From Paracoccaceae bacterium (lineage in GTDB: Bacteria; Pseudomonadota; Alphaproteobacteria; Rhodobacterales; Rhodobacteraceae), in assembly GCA_965200805.1 (NCBI GenBank), contig OZ241384.1, positions 763,305 through 827,304 of the forward strand: a DNA stretch of 64,000 nucleotides, in the 5' to 3' direction. Position numbers and translations under genes: made by a program. This document shows positions 1 to 9,639 of the stretch, in pieces; the first letter of the stretch is position 1; each line of letters opens with the position of its first letter. The notes beneath the pieces were generated by a model, which saw only the letters and a program-made list of their open reading frames with translations, did not search any database and was not told the DNA's origin.

Positions 1-2
1 AG

Positions 3-515
3 ATGGGCATCGAGATGATCTATCAGGATCTGGCGCTGGCACCCCAGCAGGATGTGGCCAACAATATTTTTCTGGGCCGGGAGCCAACCAGGCGGCTTTT
101 CGGTGTTCTGCCCGCATTCGTTGACAAGGCGCGGATCGACAGGGAAGCCCAGGCAATGATTGATCGCCTTGGTGTCCATGTCCCGTCCATCCACATCCCG
201 GTCGGTCTGCTCTCGGGCGGCCAACAGCAGACCATTGCCATTGCCCGGGCCCTGACCTTCAAACCCAAACTTGTCATCATGGATGAGCCGACGGCAGCAC
301 TGGCAGTCCGTGAGGTCGAGAGCGTCCTCAAGCTCATCAAGCAGATGAAGGATGAAGGAATCGCGATCATCCTCATCAGCCACCGCCTGAATGACGTCTT
401 TGAGGCCTGCGAACGCATCGTCGTGCTTCGTCAGGGCAACGTTATCGCGGACATGTCCCGCTGCGGGACGGATATGTCCGAGGTCGTCTCATATATTGTT
501 GGAGCCCATAGCTGA
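3..515 (+). CDS. ABC transporter ATP-binding protein (sugar type), C-terminal part; 5' end lies outside the window
   Basis: ORF is open at the left window edge. It has the ABC signature LSGGQQQ, Walker B LVIMDEPTAAL and H-loop ISHRL. Architecture matches the ATPase at 10701-11480. Confidence 0.85.
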   Translation: MGIEMIYQDLALAPQQDVANNIFLGREPTRRLFGVLPAFVDKARIDREAQAMIDRLGVHVPSIHIPVGLLSGGQQQTIAIARALTFKPKLVIMDEPTAALAVREVESVLKLIKQMKDEGIAIILISHRLNDVFEACERIVVLRQGNVIADMSRCGTDMSEVVSYIVGAHS

Positions 516-590
516 CGCATTCCCCGAAATCGTAATGTCCGGAATGCATCCAGGGGTCAGCCACCGGTCATTATCCTGGGCATTCCCGCC

Positions 591-1424
591 TCATTTGAGC
601 TTGGACAGCCAGTCCTCCAGCACGTCAAAGAATTTCTTTTGTTCTTCAATGAATGGGTAATGGGCGGCCTGCTCGAAGAGCCTGAGTGTTGCATTCGGCA
701 GGAGACCGGCGATGCGCTCGGCACCTGGACCCGGAGGGGTGATTTTGTCATGGAGCCCCCCCATGACAAGTGCTGGCACCTTCAGGTCGGGAAGCGCGTC
801 CAGCATGTTGAAGTCGCCCAGCAGCGCGTTCCCGGCATTCCAGGCACGGTGCTCATAGACAGTGCTCGCATCCAGTGCAGCGCCAACCGCCGCATCATAG
901 CTCTTGAAGTACAGCTGGATGACCCGACCCCAGGTGGATTGCCAGTCGGAATTGTCGGCCATCGGTTGGCTGAAGAGTTTTTCGAAAGCCGTCATGAGAT
1001 GCCGGGCTCCTGATATTGGGGGGGCATAGTCAAGAGTCGGGATCGTGTTGAGGAGGACCAGACCATTCAGTCGCTCGGGGTGCATTGCCGCCAGCATCTG
1101 AGCGATAAATCCACCATAGGAATGACCGATAAGGGTGAATTTTTCGTGCCCGAAATGATCCATCAGCGCAATCCCGTCAGACACGAGCCGGGGGAATGTG
1201 AGGTCCGAAAACTTCGCCGGACGGGCTGATCGACCATTGCCCAGGTGATCATAGTAGATGATTTTGCTGGTCCTGGCGAGCGTGTCGAAATAGGGGCGCA
1301 AATAATCGTGACTCAAGCCAAGCCCGCCATGCATGAGAAGGATCGGCGGGCCATCCCCCATCGTCAGGGTATAGAGCGGCTCACCATTGATCTTGACCGT
1401 CATTTCCTGCTTTTCCACAGTCAC
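591..1424 (-). CDS. Alpha/beta-fold hydrolase
   Basis: 277-aa ORF with LLMHGGLG near the N-terminus, nucleophile elbow GHSYGG and a C-terminal AAHYPF His region. Confidence 0.85.
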   Translation of the reverse strand: MTVEKQEMTVKINGEPLYTLTMGDGPPILLMHGGLGLSHDYLRPYFDTLARTSKIIYYDHLGNGRSARPAKFSDLTFPRLVSDGIALMDHFGHEKFTLIGHSYGGFIAQMLAAMHPERLNGLVLLNTIPTLDYAPPISGARHLMTAFEKLFSQPMADNSDWQSTWGRVIQLYFKSYDAAVGAALDASTVYEHRAWNAGNALLGDFNMLDALPDLKVPALVMGGLHDKITPPGPGAERIAGLLPNATLRLFEQAAHYPFIEEQKKFFDVLEDWLSKLK

Positions 1425-1538
1425 CTTCCTCCTTGTCTATATGAATGGATTGCTGTCCCGGGGTGGCGGGCTGTCACAGATTTCCCTGAACTGCAATGAA
1501 ATCCGTATCCGGAATCCAGTTACAGTCATGGCCCCGCA

Positions 1539-4358
1539 TCAGTGTGCATCGGCCCAGTTGTCGGCAACACCGGCATCGACCACGAGATGCGGCTCAATTG
1601 CCAGGGCCGGCCGGTCGGCTGATTCCATGAGTGGCTTGGCCAGGGCAATGAACTCTTCAACAAAATGATCCCGGACCTCAAAGACCAGCTCATCATGAAC
1701 CTGAAGCAGCATCCTGACCGGCAGCGCACGCATCGCAGGAGCCAATCGGATCATGGCGCGGCGGATGATGTCTGCGGCGGATCCCTGGATGGGTGCATTG
1801 ATTGCAGCCCGGCGCGCAAACTGTCCCTGCGGGCCGCCGGAGTTGATGGATGGTGTGTGGATTTTACGGCCGAAGAGAGTTGTGACGTATCCATCCTTCT
1901 TTGCGGATCGAACAACCTGATCCATATAGCCCCGAATCCCCGGAAAGCGTTGAAAGTACAGGGTGATAAAATCCTGGGCCTGGTGACGCGAGATGCCGAG
2001 ATTCCGGGCAAGACCATATGCCGAGATTCCGTAGATCACACCAAAATTGATCGCCTTGGCCTGCCGACGGTTGTCTGGATCAACATCGGAAAGCGGAACT
2101 TCGAAAACCTGGCTTGCGGTCATCGCATGGATGTCCTGCCCCGCACTGAAAGCCTCCTTGAGAGATGTGATGTCCGCCTTGTGCGCCAGGACACGAAGTT
2201 CGATCTGGCTGTAATCAAGTGAGACGAGCTTATATCCCTCTTCCGCAACAAAGGCCTCGCGGATGCTTCGGCCCTCGGATGTTCGAATCGGGATGTTCTG
2301 CAGATTGGGTTCTGAGGAGGCGAGACGTCCTGTGTTCGCGCCGGCAATACGATAGGAGGTATGCACACGGTCAGTCTGCTCGTTGATATGTGCAGGCAGG
2401 GCCTCAGTATAGGTTGAACGCAGTTTTGACAGATGCCGCCAGTCCAGGACGAGTTTTGGAAAGTCGTATCCGGCAGCTGCAAGATCTTCCAGAATCCGGG
2501 CATCGGTTTTGTACCCGCGCAGGGTCCGCTCCTCCCCTCCGGGGAGATTCAGATCCTCAAACATGACCCGTCCAAGCTGCATGGGGCTGCCAATGTTGAA
2601 TGACTGACCGGCAATCTTGAATATGGACGATTCCAGCTGGGCAAGATTGCTCCCAAACCGCTGGGACAGCCGGTGGAGATGATCAGCATCAACCCTGATT
2701 CCGTGACGCTCCATATCCACAAGCACGGGGATCAGGGGTCGATCAAGGGTCTCATAAACTGTAGCGACCCGCTCCATCGGCAACCGGGGCTTGAAAGTCT
2801 GCCACAAGCGCAGGGTAATATCTGCATCCTCGGCAGCGTAGCGGGTGGCATCAGCAATTTTGGTATTCTGGAATGGAATTGCCTTGCGTCCCTTGCCGAT
2901 CAGATCCTCAATTGGAATTGGCTTGTGGTTGAGATACTTCTCCGAGAGGAGAGTCATGTTGAGATTGTGCAAACCACTGTGCAGGGCATAGGCGAGCAGC
3001 ATCGTGTCATCAACCGGCTCGACCGTGACACCATGCTGCTTGAATATCTTGAGATCGAACTTGATGTTCTGGCCAATCTTCAGGATGGCAGGATCCGTGA
3101 GCATCGGTGTCAGGCGCTCAAGGGCGTGATCAAGACCAAGCTGGCCATCTATCGGCCGGTTGGCTGCGCCAAAAAGACTGTCCCGCTCCTTGTGTTGAAG
3201 CGGGATATAACAGGCCTGGCCCGGGGCACAGCAGAGGCTGATGCCAACCAGCCTGTCCTCCATTTCATTCAGCCCGGTCGTTTCCGTATCAATCGCCACG
3301 AAGCCACAATCATTGATGGTCGCAAGCCAGCGGTCAAGAGCGGCATCGTCGATGACACATTCATAGCCTGCCGGATCAATCGGCATGATGTCAGCCATCG
3401 TCCCGCTGCCTGAAGGAGCAATCATGTCCCGACGGATTTCAGGCATCTGCGGCGGGTCGACCTTCATCAAACGGGCGGCGCGGCGCACGATGGTCCGGAA
3501 TTCCTGTTCCAGCAGGAATGCAAAAACCGTGTTTGGATCAGGATCCCGGATGGCGAGTTCGTCAAGACAGACCGACAGCGGTGCATCCCTGCGCAACTGA
3601 ACGAGTTCCTTGCACATCCGAATCTGATCAGCGTGTTCGGTCAGAACCGCCCGACGCTTCTCCTGGGGGATTTGATCCGCATTTGCCAGCAGACTTTCAA
3701 GGTCACCGAACTCCTCGATCAGCTGCGGTGCAGTCTTGGCCCCGATCCCTGGTGCGCCGGGAATGTTGTCACTGCTGTCACCGGTCAGCGCCTGGACATC
3801 GACAACACGCTCGGGATAGACCCCGAATTTGTCATGAACCTCCTCACGACCGATCTCCTTTCGCTTCATGCTGTCATACATCACCACGCCACCACCCACC
3901 AATTGCATCAGATCCTTGTCAGATGAGATTATGGTGACCTGTCCACCAGCCCGATCAGCCTGATCGGCCAGGGTGGCGATGACGTCATCGGCTTCAAATC
4001 CCTCGAGCTCAAGACATGGAATATTGAAGGCACGGGTTGCAGCACGGGTCGATGCAAACTGGGGAACGAGGTCGTCCGGTGGTGCATGCCGGTTTGCCTT
4101 GTATTCCGAATAGATATCATTCCGGAATGTCTTTGATGAGTAGTCGAACACCACGGCACAGTGCGTTGGATCACGATCATTTTCCAGGACATCCTTGAAA
4201 AGCATATTGCAAAAGAAATGCAGGGCACCCACCGGTGTGCCGTCCGAGCGATAACGCTGTTCAGTCCGCAGACTGCGCTCTGCCATGTAAAAGGCCCGAA
4301 AGATAAACCCCGATCCATCAACCAGCAGCAGGTGGTGATTTTCGCCGAATTCTGACAT
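1539..4358 (-). CDS. polA: DNA polymerase I
   Basis: ~940-aa ORF. It has a 5'-3' exonuclease N-terminus (LLLVDGSGFIFRAFY), a 3'-5' exonuclease domain (FVAIDTETTGL) and polymerase motifs (LVSLDYSQIELRVLAH, INFGVIYG, QVHDELVFE). The longest ORF reaches 4385; I prefer the ATG at 4358 (MSEFGENHH). Confidence 0.95.
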   Translation of the reverse strand: MSEFGENHHLLLVDGSGFIFRAFYMAERSLRTEQRYRSDGTPVGALHFFCNMLFKDVLENDRDPTHCAVVFDYSSKTFRNDIYSEYKANRHAPPDDLVPQFASTRAATRAFNIPCLELEGFEADDVIATLADQADRAGGQVTIISSDKDLMQLVGGGVVMYDSMKRKEIGREEVHDKFGVYPERVVDVQALTGDSSDNIPGAPGIGAKTAPQLIEEFGDLESLLANADQIPQEKRRAVLTEHADQIRMCKELVQLRRDAPLSVCLDELAIRDPDPNTVFAFLLEQEFRTIVRRAARLMKVDPPQMPEIRRDMIAPSGSGTMADIMPIDPAGYECVIDDAALDRWLATINDCGFVAIDTETTGLNEMEDRLVGISLCCAPGQACYIPLQHKERDSLFGAANRPIDGQLGLDHALERLTPMLTDPAILKIGQNIKFDLKIFKQHGVTVEPVDDTMLLAYALHSGLHNLNMTLLSEKYLNHKPIPIEDLIGKGRKAIPFQNTKIADATRYAAEDADITLRLWQTFKPRLPMERVATVYETLDRPLIPVLVDMERHGIRVDADHLHRLSQRFGSNLAQLESSIFKIAGQSFNIGSPMQLGRVMFEDLNLPGGEERTLRGYKTDARILEDLAAAGYDFPKLVLDWRHLSKLRSTYTEALPAHINEQTDRVHTSYRIAGANTGRLASSEPNLQNIPIRTSEGRSIREAFVAEEGYKLVSLDYSQIELRVLAHKADITSLKEAFSAGQDIHAMTASQVFEVPLSDVDPDNRRQAKAINFGVIYGISAYGLARNLGISRHQAQDFITLYFQRFPGIRGYMDQVVRSAKKDGYVTTLFGRKIHTPSINSGGPQGQFARRAAINAPIQGSAADIIRRAMIRLAPAMRALPVRMLLQVHDELVFEVRDHFVEEFIALAKPLMESADRPALAIEPHLVVDAGVADNWADAH

Positions 4359-4399
4359 GACTTCGCCTTGTCCTGCGTCAGGCAATCAAGTGGAAGATG

Positions 4400-4609
4400 C
4401 TAAACACTGTCCCCCTGATCAATCTCAAGGGCCGCTTCAGCCTTGGAACCGGCCAGAACAAATCGACGATCACAATAGCCGCATTCGACCCAGCCCGTGT
4501 CCTCCGGAATCTGGTACCAGACCTTTGGATGACCCAGCGCCGCACCCTGCCCCACACAGCTGATACGCCGATTGGTCACAACAACAATATCCGGCGGATC
4601 CTTCTCCAT
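4400..4609 (-). CDS. Small zinc-finger (zf-CHCC / NDUFS6-like) protein
   Basis: C-terminal [37 protein letters not shown] fits the CHCC zinc-finger pattern. I use the internal ATG ([11 protein letters not shown]) because the longer ORF would overlap the HIT gene. Confidence 0.6.
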   Translation of the reverse strand: MEKDPPDIVVVTNRRISCVGQGAALGHPKVWYQIPEDTGWVECGYCDRRFVLAGSKAEAALEIDQGDSV

Positions 4610-4613
4610 CACG

Positions 4614-5036
4614 TCAGCCTGCACTCGTGCCGGCCTGCACATGGATATCCTCGGCTTCACGGACCGGAAGCACCGCACCAAGATTGCGACCGGCAAAGAT
4701 GTGGACATGATAATGCGGGACCATCTGTATGCCGTCGGGTCCAGCATTCGAGAGGATGCGATAACCGCTGTTTCCGGACCCGGGGTCCGCATCAATGTGC
4801 TGAATCACAGTGCTCACCGCACGGGTGAGATCCACAATCTCCGCATCGCTGGCGTTATCGGCAAAGTCATCATAGGTGACGTAGGCGCCCTTGGGAATCA
4901 CCAGGACATGATCCGGCGCCAGAGGAGCAATGTCGTTAAAAGCCAGACTGTGTTCTGTTTCGTGGACTTTCGTGCAGGGCACCTCTCCCCGCAGAATTCG
5001 GGCAAAGATATTCTGATTATCGTATTGATAGGCCAT
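4614..5036 (-). CDS. HIT-family (histidine triad) nucleotide hydrolase/transferase
   Basis: 140-aa ORF with the histidine triad HYHVHIF near the C-terminus. Confidence 0.9.
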   Translation of the reverse strand: MAYQYDNQNIFARILRGEVPCTKVHETEHSLAFNDIAPLAPDHVLVIPKGAYVTYDDFADNASDAEIVDLTRAVSTVIQHIDADPGSGNSGYRILSNAGPDGIQMVPHYHVHIFAGRNLGAVLPVREAEDIHVQAGTSAG

Positions 5037-5618
5037 GGCTTCGGCAGTCCTTCAGACAGTTAACCCTCCACACCATAGGCGAAAGCATCGGGCAGTCAAA
5101 TTATCCGCAACTGCTGCCCGGCATTTCCCATCATTCCCTGTGGATGTATGAAATTTCATCCTGTCAGCAGCCGCCTGAATGATCATCCGACCATCACTGC
5201 CCGGACATGCCGGTTACAGCCCCGTTATCAGCGGCAAGGCAGGGGTGGAGGTATGAGATGCGATTCCCGATGCTCCGCTTGCTCCCATTTTTCATACCCC
5301 TTTGATCGAAACGCCATCGACAGAATTCACAGGGCGTGTTTACTAAATTCGATTTTTTTTCGATATTGTTCTTGACCTTGACCGGAATTATCGGCATCCT
5401 CGCGTCAAGGCCTGAATCTGCCCATTCACCATTAAATGCGGATTGTGGTGTCGCCTGAAGAACTCCGTACACATCAAAGTCCTCCCGAGGTCTTGACCGC
5501 AGATGAAAGGCGTTTTGCCGGGTGTTGCATGAATGCATGCGACCGGGGGCGATGCGATGTGCCATTCTGTCACCCGGAGAACTGGCGTTGATATGTGAAT
5601 TGGAACAAGGGGGAAACA

Positions 5619-5999
5619 ATGCTAAACGCACTTCGAATTGACACTCTGGCCTTCAGCAAGAAACTTCGTGAAGCCGGGGCGGATGAGAAATTGGCTGAGG
5701 CCTTTGTTGAAGGTATCACTGCAATGGATACGTCAGATCTGGCGACGAAAAGCGAACTGCGGAAGGCGGAGACCGCTCTGAAGTCGGATATTGCTGAAGT
5801 CAAGGCTGAACTGAAGTCGGATATTGCTCAATTCAGGACCGAGTTGAAGTCGGATATTGCTGAAGTCAGGACCGAGTTGAAGTCGGATATTGCTGAAGTC
5901 AGGACCGAGTTGAAATGGATCAAGATCATCGGTGGTGCCATTCTTGCACTCTTGATCCTGCCCCTTCTCTCATCTTTGATCATCGGATACATTCAGTGA
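5619..5999 (+). CDS. Coiled-coil, C-terminally membrane-anchored protein (DUF1640-like)
   Basis: AAGGGGGA lies 5 nt before the ATG at 5619. The N-terminus is LNALRIDTLAFSKKLREAG, followed by 11-residue repeats LKSDIAEV(K/R)(A/T)E and a C-terminal TM segment IIGGAILALLILPLLSSLIIG. Confidence 0.7.
   Translation: MLNALRIDTLAFSKKLREAGADEKLAEAFVEGITAMDTSDLATKSELRKAETALKSDIAEVKAELKSDIAQFRTELKSDIAEVRTELKSDIAEVRTELKWIKIIGGAILALLILPLLSSLIIGYIQ
5778..5909 (+). repeat. Tandem repeat, 4 x 33 bp, in frame inside the coiled-coil gene
   Basis: Units start at 5778, 5811, 5844 and 5877. Units 3 and 4 are identical (ttgaagtcggatattgctgaagtcaggaccgag). Confidence 0.95.
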
Positions 6000-6274
6000 A
6001 CACGGGCATACGCATTCGACACGCCCGGCGGACGGCTCTTACCGGTTTGCAACATACCGGGGCCGTAATGCGGTCGAGGTGAATCGCCGTCGTTGTTATT
6101 CATCAGTTGTTGATTCAGATCTGCAGCGCATGGCTGCAAGGAGACCATCGAGACCTGCTGGAATGAGAGACAGGGTATCTCGCCATCACAATGTGAACGC
6201 CGGAAGGTTCTCATGCATTGAAATGGGAAAGGTCGAGTGCTCCCGGGTGGGGAAAACTGTCCTGATGACGGGAA

Positions 6275-6814
6275 TTATGTCCCTTGAAATTCACACGGGA
6301 CCACTCCCCATTGAAGAATCGGGACACCGAATCCGGTGTGTTGCGGGCTTTGTGAAACTGCGGGAGAATCCTCTCTGTGGGGTCGCGGGTCGATACGGGA
6401 GATCGCAGCAGCAGCCATGCGGAATCCGGTCTGTGCAGAGTCTGCATGACCGGGACCGTGTCCATGAAGAAATCCGGCAGCCTGACGGCGCGCCTCGTCA
6501 GCGAGTCCCCGGTCGAGACCGGCGGCACAACCCTCTGCGACGACGCTGTACATGATCCCGGCGAAACCATCGTTCTGACCTGGGGATCGGCGGGGCAATT
6601 CAGCGACCGAATGATGAACACCGCGGCGGCGCACTGTGCCGGCACGATGACCATCACCATCCACGACAGCAAGGGTCCTGCGACAGGGCAGATCGTCCTC
6701 CCGGTGCCACCAGGAACAGCTCTGCGCGGGGATGCGGGTGGGGAATGAGTAATCCATGGTCTGGAGACGCGCACCGGAAGATATCCGGGACTTTCTTGAG
6801 CGGTTGCTTTTCAC
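6275..6814 (-). pseudogene. PfkB-family sugar kinase fragment (C-terminal half, frame-disrupted)
   Basis: The tail AAGFLHGHGPGHADSAQTGFRMAAAAISRIDPRPHRED parallels the C-terminus of the intact PfkB kinase at 11561-12550. The DNA at 6345-6475 is visibly similar to 11565-11700. The upstream VVPPVSTGDS (a TGAGD-like motif) lies in a different frame. There is room for only ~190 of ~330 codons before the ROK gene. Confidence 0.55.
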
Positions 6815-6861
6815 AAATCGTCTGTCCTCAACTGTGCCAAATACACCAGTCGAAAGTGCAG

Positions 6862-8067
6862 CTATCCTGAAAGCAAAGTGTTTTGTTCAGGCATGTAGGC
6901 TGCGCTCACCAGGGTCGCGGCGGCACCTATTGTTCTCGCCTGTCGCCCAAAAGTACCCGCTTCCACCTCGGGCATCAGAACCCCCTGCAAATCCGTCTGT
7001 TGAAGCTGGGAAATGACCTCGGACACCAGTCTCCCCGTGACTTCTGTCGGCATGGCGCCATCGATGATAACTGCTTCAAAGTCGATGATGGATAATGATG
7101 ATATGACAGCATGAGCCAGGTTGCGTCCTGCTCGTGTGATCCAATCGGAAACCAGCGGTTCAAATCTTCCCCAGTCATCCGAGGCTTCATAAGGCGAAAA
7201 TGAGCGACCGGTGATATCCAGGACCATCCGTTCCAAGGTCACGAGGGAGGCATGATCCACCAACCTGTTCCCACCCTCCTGATCCGGAACCCGCATTGGT
7301 CCAAAACCACCGGCATTTCCCCTCCGCCCGCGAAACACATGCCCATTCAAAACAATGCCGCCACCGATGAAGGTGCCGACGTAAAAGTAGATCCAGTCCT
7401 GCTTGTCTGCATGGGATCCAAAAACCACCTCAGCCCGACAAGCCGCCGTCGCGTCGTTTTCCAGGACAACTTCCCATGGCACGATTTTTCCGATTTCGCG
7501 TTCGGCGTCAAAGTCCTGCCAGGCTTCCATTTCCTCGGCCGGAGCATCAAAGTCGTCAGTCCAGTGCCACAGTTCGAAAGGCATCGCTATGGCCATGCCA
7601 GAAATGGCCTTGCAGGTTCGCTTCGCCGAGCAAAGGAGATCCTGCAGTTCATCCTGCACAAATCTCAATGTGGTGGCCGGAGTTGGAAATGGCTGAAACA
7701 TCTCTTTTGACGTGACCACCTCACCCATAAAGTTGACCACCGCAAGTTCCATACTGCGGCGTCCTATTTTCAGGGCGACATAGGAGTGCGCCAGCGGATT
7801 GATTCGAAGAGGGGTCGAGGGCGCGCCAACTCTTCCACGAATCGGTTCGCCGCGCAGCAGCAAACCGTCGGCTTCCAGAGAGCGAAAAATCACGGAGATC
7901 GCATTCGCGGAAAGCCCGGTTGCACGAGTCGCCTCGGCTTTGGACAACTCTCCATGTTCTCGCACAAGTTGCAGCACAAGCCGCTCGTTGTAATTGCCTA
8001 CGGCAACCTGGTTCGTTCCCCTCTTGGGGTTCGCACACAACCGTTCTTCTTTGTCTTCCTGATCCAT
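6862..8067 (-). CDS. ROK-family transcriptional regulator
   Basis: N-terminal winged helix-turn-helix (NERLVLQLVREHGELSKAEATRATGLSANAISVIFRSLEADGLL) plus a ROK sugar-kinase-like body (GTFIGGGIVLNGHVFRGRRGNAGGFG). The start is taken at MDQEDKE. Confidence 0.85.
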   Translation of the reverse strand: MDQEDKEERLCANPKRGTNQVAVGNYNERLVLQLVREHGELSKAEATRATGLSANAISVIFRSLEADGLLLRGEPIRGRVGAPSTPLRINPLAHSYVALKIGRRSMELAVVNFMGEVVTSKEMFQPFPTPATTLRFVQDELQDLLCSAKRTCKAISGMAIAMPFELWHWTDDFDAPAEEMEAWQDFDAEREIGKIVPWEVVLENDATAACRAEVVFGSHADKQDWIYFYVGTFIGGGIVLNGHVFRGRRGNAGGFGPMRVPDQEGGNRLVDHASLVTLERMVLDITGRSFSPYEASDDWGRFEPLVSDWITRAGRNLAHAVISSLSIIDFEAVIIDGAMPTEVTGRLVSEVISQLQQTDLQGVLMPEVEAGTFGRQARTIGAAATLVSAAYMPEQNTLLSG

Positions 8068-8386
8068 ATCAATCCATTTGCATCCTGTTGACCATCCCCG
8101 GCAAGTGCCGCACGGGTTTATGCCCAATGCCAGCTGCAGTATTCACCGCAGACATGAGCAGATTAACATGATTATTAATTCATAAAGAAGTAATTATTGA
8201 CAGAGGTCAATTGTTTGCATAGGTCATGTGCTGACGGCGAAGTCGTCGGCGGGAGAATGGCCTGGGGAGCGGGGAAACCGTTATCTGGTATATCAGGGAC
8301 ATGACTCTCAGCAAATTGTGGGAGCCGATTCAATCCATTGGAATGGCTCGATTTTCAGGCTGATTAATTTTGGAGACCAAAATGAA

Positions 8387-8535
8387 GGGGATTATATACT
8401 TAAGTAACAATTATCATAATTTATTTCATATAATCAATGACATAGACCATCTGTGCTCATGGATAGCAATTCAAACATAAAATACTGATTATTATAGACT
8501 AATTTGATTTTTTGTTACTTAAGTATATAATTCCC
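8387..8535 (+). mobile_element. MITE copy 1 (149 bp, non-coding, AT-rich)
   Basis: Terminal inverted repeats GGGGATTATATACTTAAGTAAC ... GTTACTTAAGTATATAATTCCC. Flanked by the 8-bp direct repeat AAAATGAA (8379-8386 and 8536-8543). Homologous to the copies at 28992 and 30255. Confidence 0.85.
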
Positions 8536-8538
8536 AAA

Positions 8539-9549
8539 ATGAACTATATCAAAACCGGTGTTGCGGCTCTGGCAACCTCGATCTGCGTGGGAGGAGCCGC
8601 CGCAGACACCAGCGTTTGTCTCATCACCAAAGACGCGACAAATCCATTTTTCGTAAAGATGGCCCAGGGTGCATTTGCGAAAGCGGCCGAAATCGGCGTC
8701 GAACTGCGCTCTTATGCAGGCAAGTTTGACGGCGATCATGAAACTCAGGTTGCCGCCATCGAGACGTGCATTGCAGCGGGTGCCGGTGGTATCCTGTTGG
8801 CGGCATCGGACACCAAGGCGATCACGTCATCAGTTGAGCAGGCACGCAGTGCCGGTCTTGTGGTATTGGCATTGGACACACCGCTTGATCCAATTGACGC
8901 CGCAGACATGACGTTCGCAACTGACAATTTCCTCGCAGGTGAACTGATCGGTGCCTGGGCCGCGAAAACAATGGGTGACACCTCAGGTGCCAGAATCGGT
9001 CTGCTCAACATAAATGTCTCGCAGCCAACCGTCGGCGTCCTTCGCAACCAGGGATTCCTGACCGGTTTTGGGATTGATATTGGCGATCCTTCGAAATGGG
9101 GCGATGAAACCGACCCGCGCATCGTCGGCCACGAACTCTCCAATGGTAATGCCGAAGGTGGTCGTAAAGGTATGGAAAACCTCCTCGCCATTGATCCGGG
9201 AATCAATGTTGTCTACACGATCAATGAGCCTGCCGCCGCGGGCGCCCATGAGGCTCTCAAGGCTGTTGGACGCGAAGATGACGTCATCGTTGTATCGGTG
9301 GACGGCGGCTGTCCAGGTGTCGCCGATGTCGCCGCGGGCGTGATTGGTGCTACGGCCCAGCAGTATCCCCTGGACATGGCCAGTCTGGGAGTTGAGGCAA
9401 TTGTCAAAGCTGTTGAAACAGGTGAAATGCCGGTTGCGACAGAAGGAAAAGCCTTCTTCGACACTGGTGTTGGCCTCATCACCAATGCACCGGTTGATGG
9501 CCTTGACCAGCTGTCTGTTGCTGAAGGCGCAGACCTCTGCTGGGGCTGA
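8539..9549 (+). CDS. Sugar ABC transporter periplasmic substrate-binding protein (ribose/fructose-binding type)
   Basis: Signal peptide [22 protein letters not shown], then [19 protein letters not shown], typical of the Peripla_BP_4/RbsB-like fold. First gene of an SBP-permease-ATPase operon. Confidence 0.85.
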   Translation: MNYIKTGVAALATSICVGGAAADTSVCLITKDATNPFFVKMAQGAFAKAAEIGVELRSYAGKFDGDHETQVAAIETCIAAGAGGILLAASDTKAITSSVEQARSAGLVVLALDTPLDPIDAADMTFATDNFLAGELIGAWAAKTMGDTSGARIGLLNINVSQPTVGVLRNQGFLTGFGIDIGDPSKWGDETDPRIVGHELSNGNAEGGRKGMENLLAIDPGINVVYTINEPAAAGAHEALKAVGREDDVIVVSVDGGCPGVADVAAGVIGATAQQYPLDMASLGVEAIVKAVETGEMPVATEGKAFFDTGVGLITNAPVDGLDQLSVAEGADLCWG

Positions 9550-9639
9550 TTGTTCCCGGTATCGGCGAGGGTGCCCCGGCACCCTCGCACCCAGTTGTTC
9601 CTGAAACGGAAATGTGAAGCAAAGTCTCCGGGGAATGAG

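Noticed and set aside
5040-5618. ~580-bp gap with ORFs 5148-5375, 5194-5631 and 5388-5573, which I examined for a possible hidden gene or RNA.
   Set aside because: The translations have no motifs and overlap one another. I could not recognise any conserved RNA (RNase P, SRP, 6S or tmRNA signatures are absent). I left it unannotated.
5778-5909. Regular short repeats that could be mistaken for a CRISPR array.
   Set aside because: The repeats are directly tandem (33-bp period, no spacers), in frame, and encode an 11-residue coiled-coil repeat inside a credible ORF. No cas genes are present.
6211-6774. 187-aa and 123-aa ORFs overlapping the PfkB fragment (6211-6774 minus strand and 6377-6748 plus strand).
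   Set aside because: The minus-strand 187-aa frame only carries the displaced TGxGD-like piece of the same decayed kinase. The plus-strand ORF is its antisense shadow.
8512-8538. TTG-initiated 9-codon N-terminal extension of the binding-protein ORF, as given in the ORF track.
   Set aside because: These codons are MITE sequence. The signal peptide begins at the ATG at 8539, which is part of the duplicated target site.
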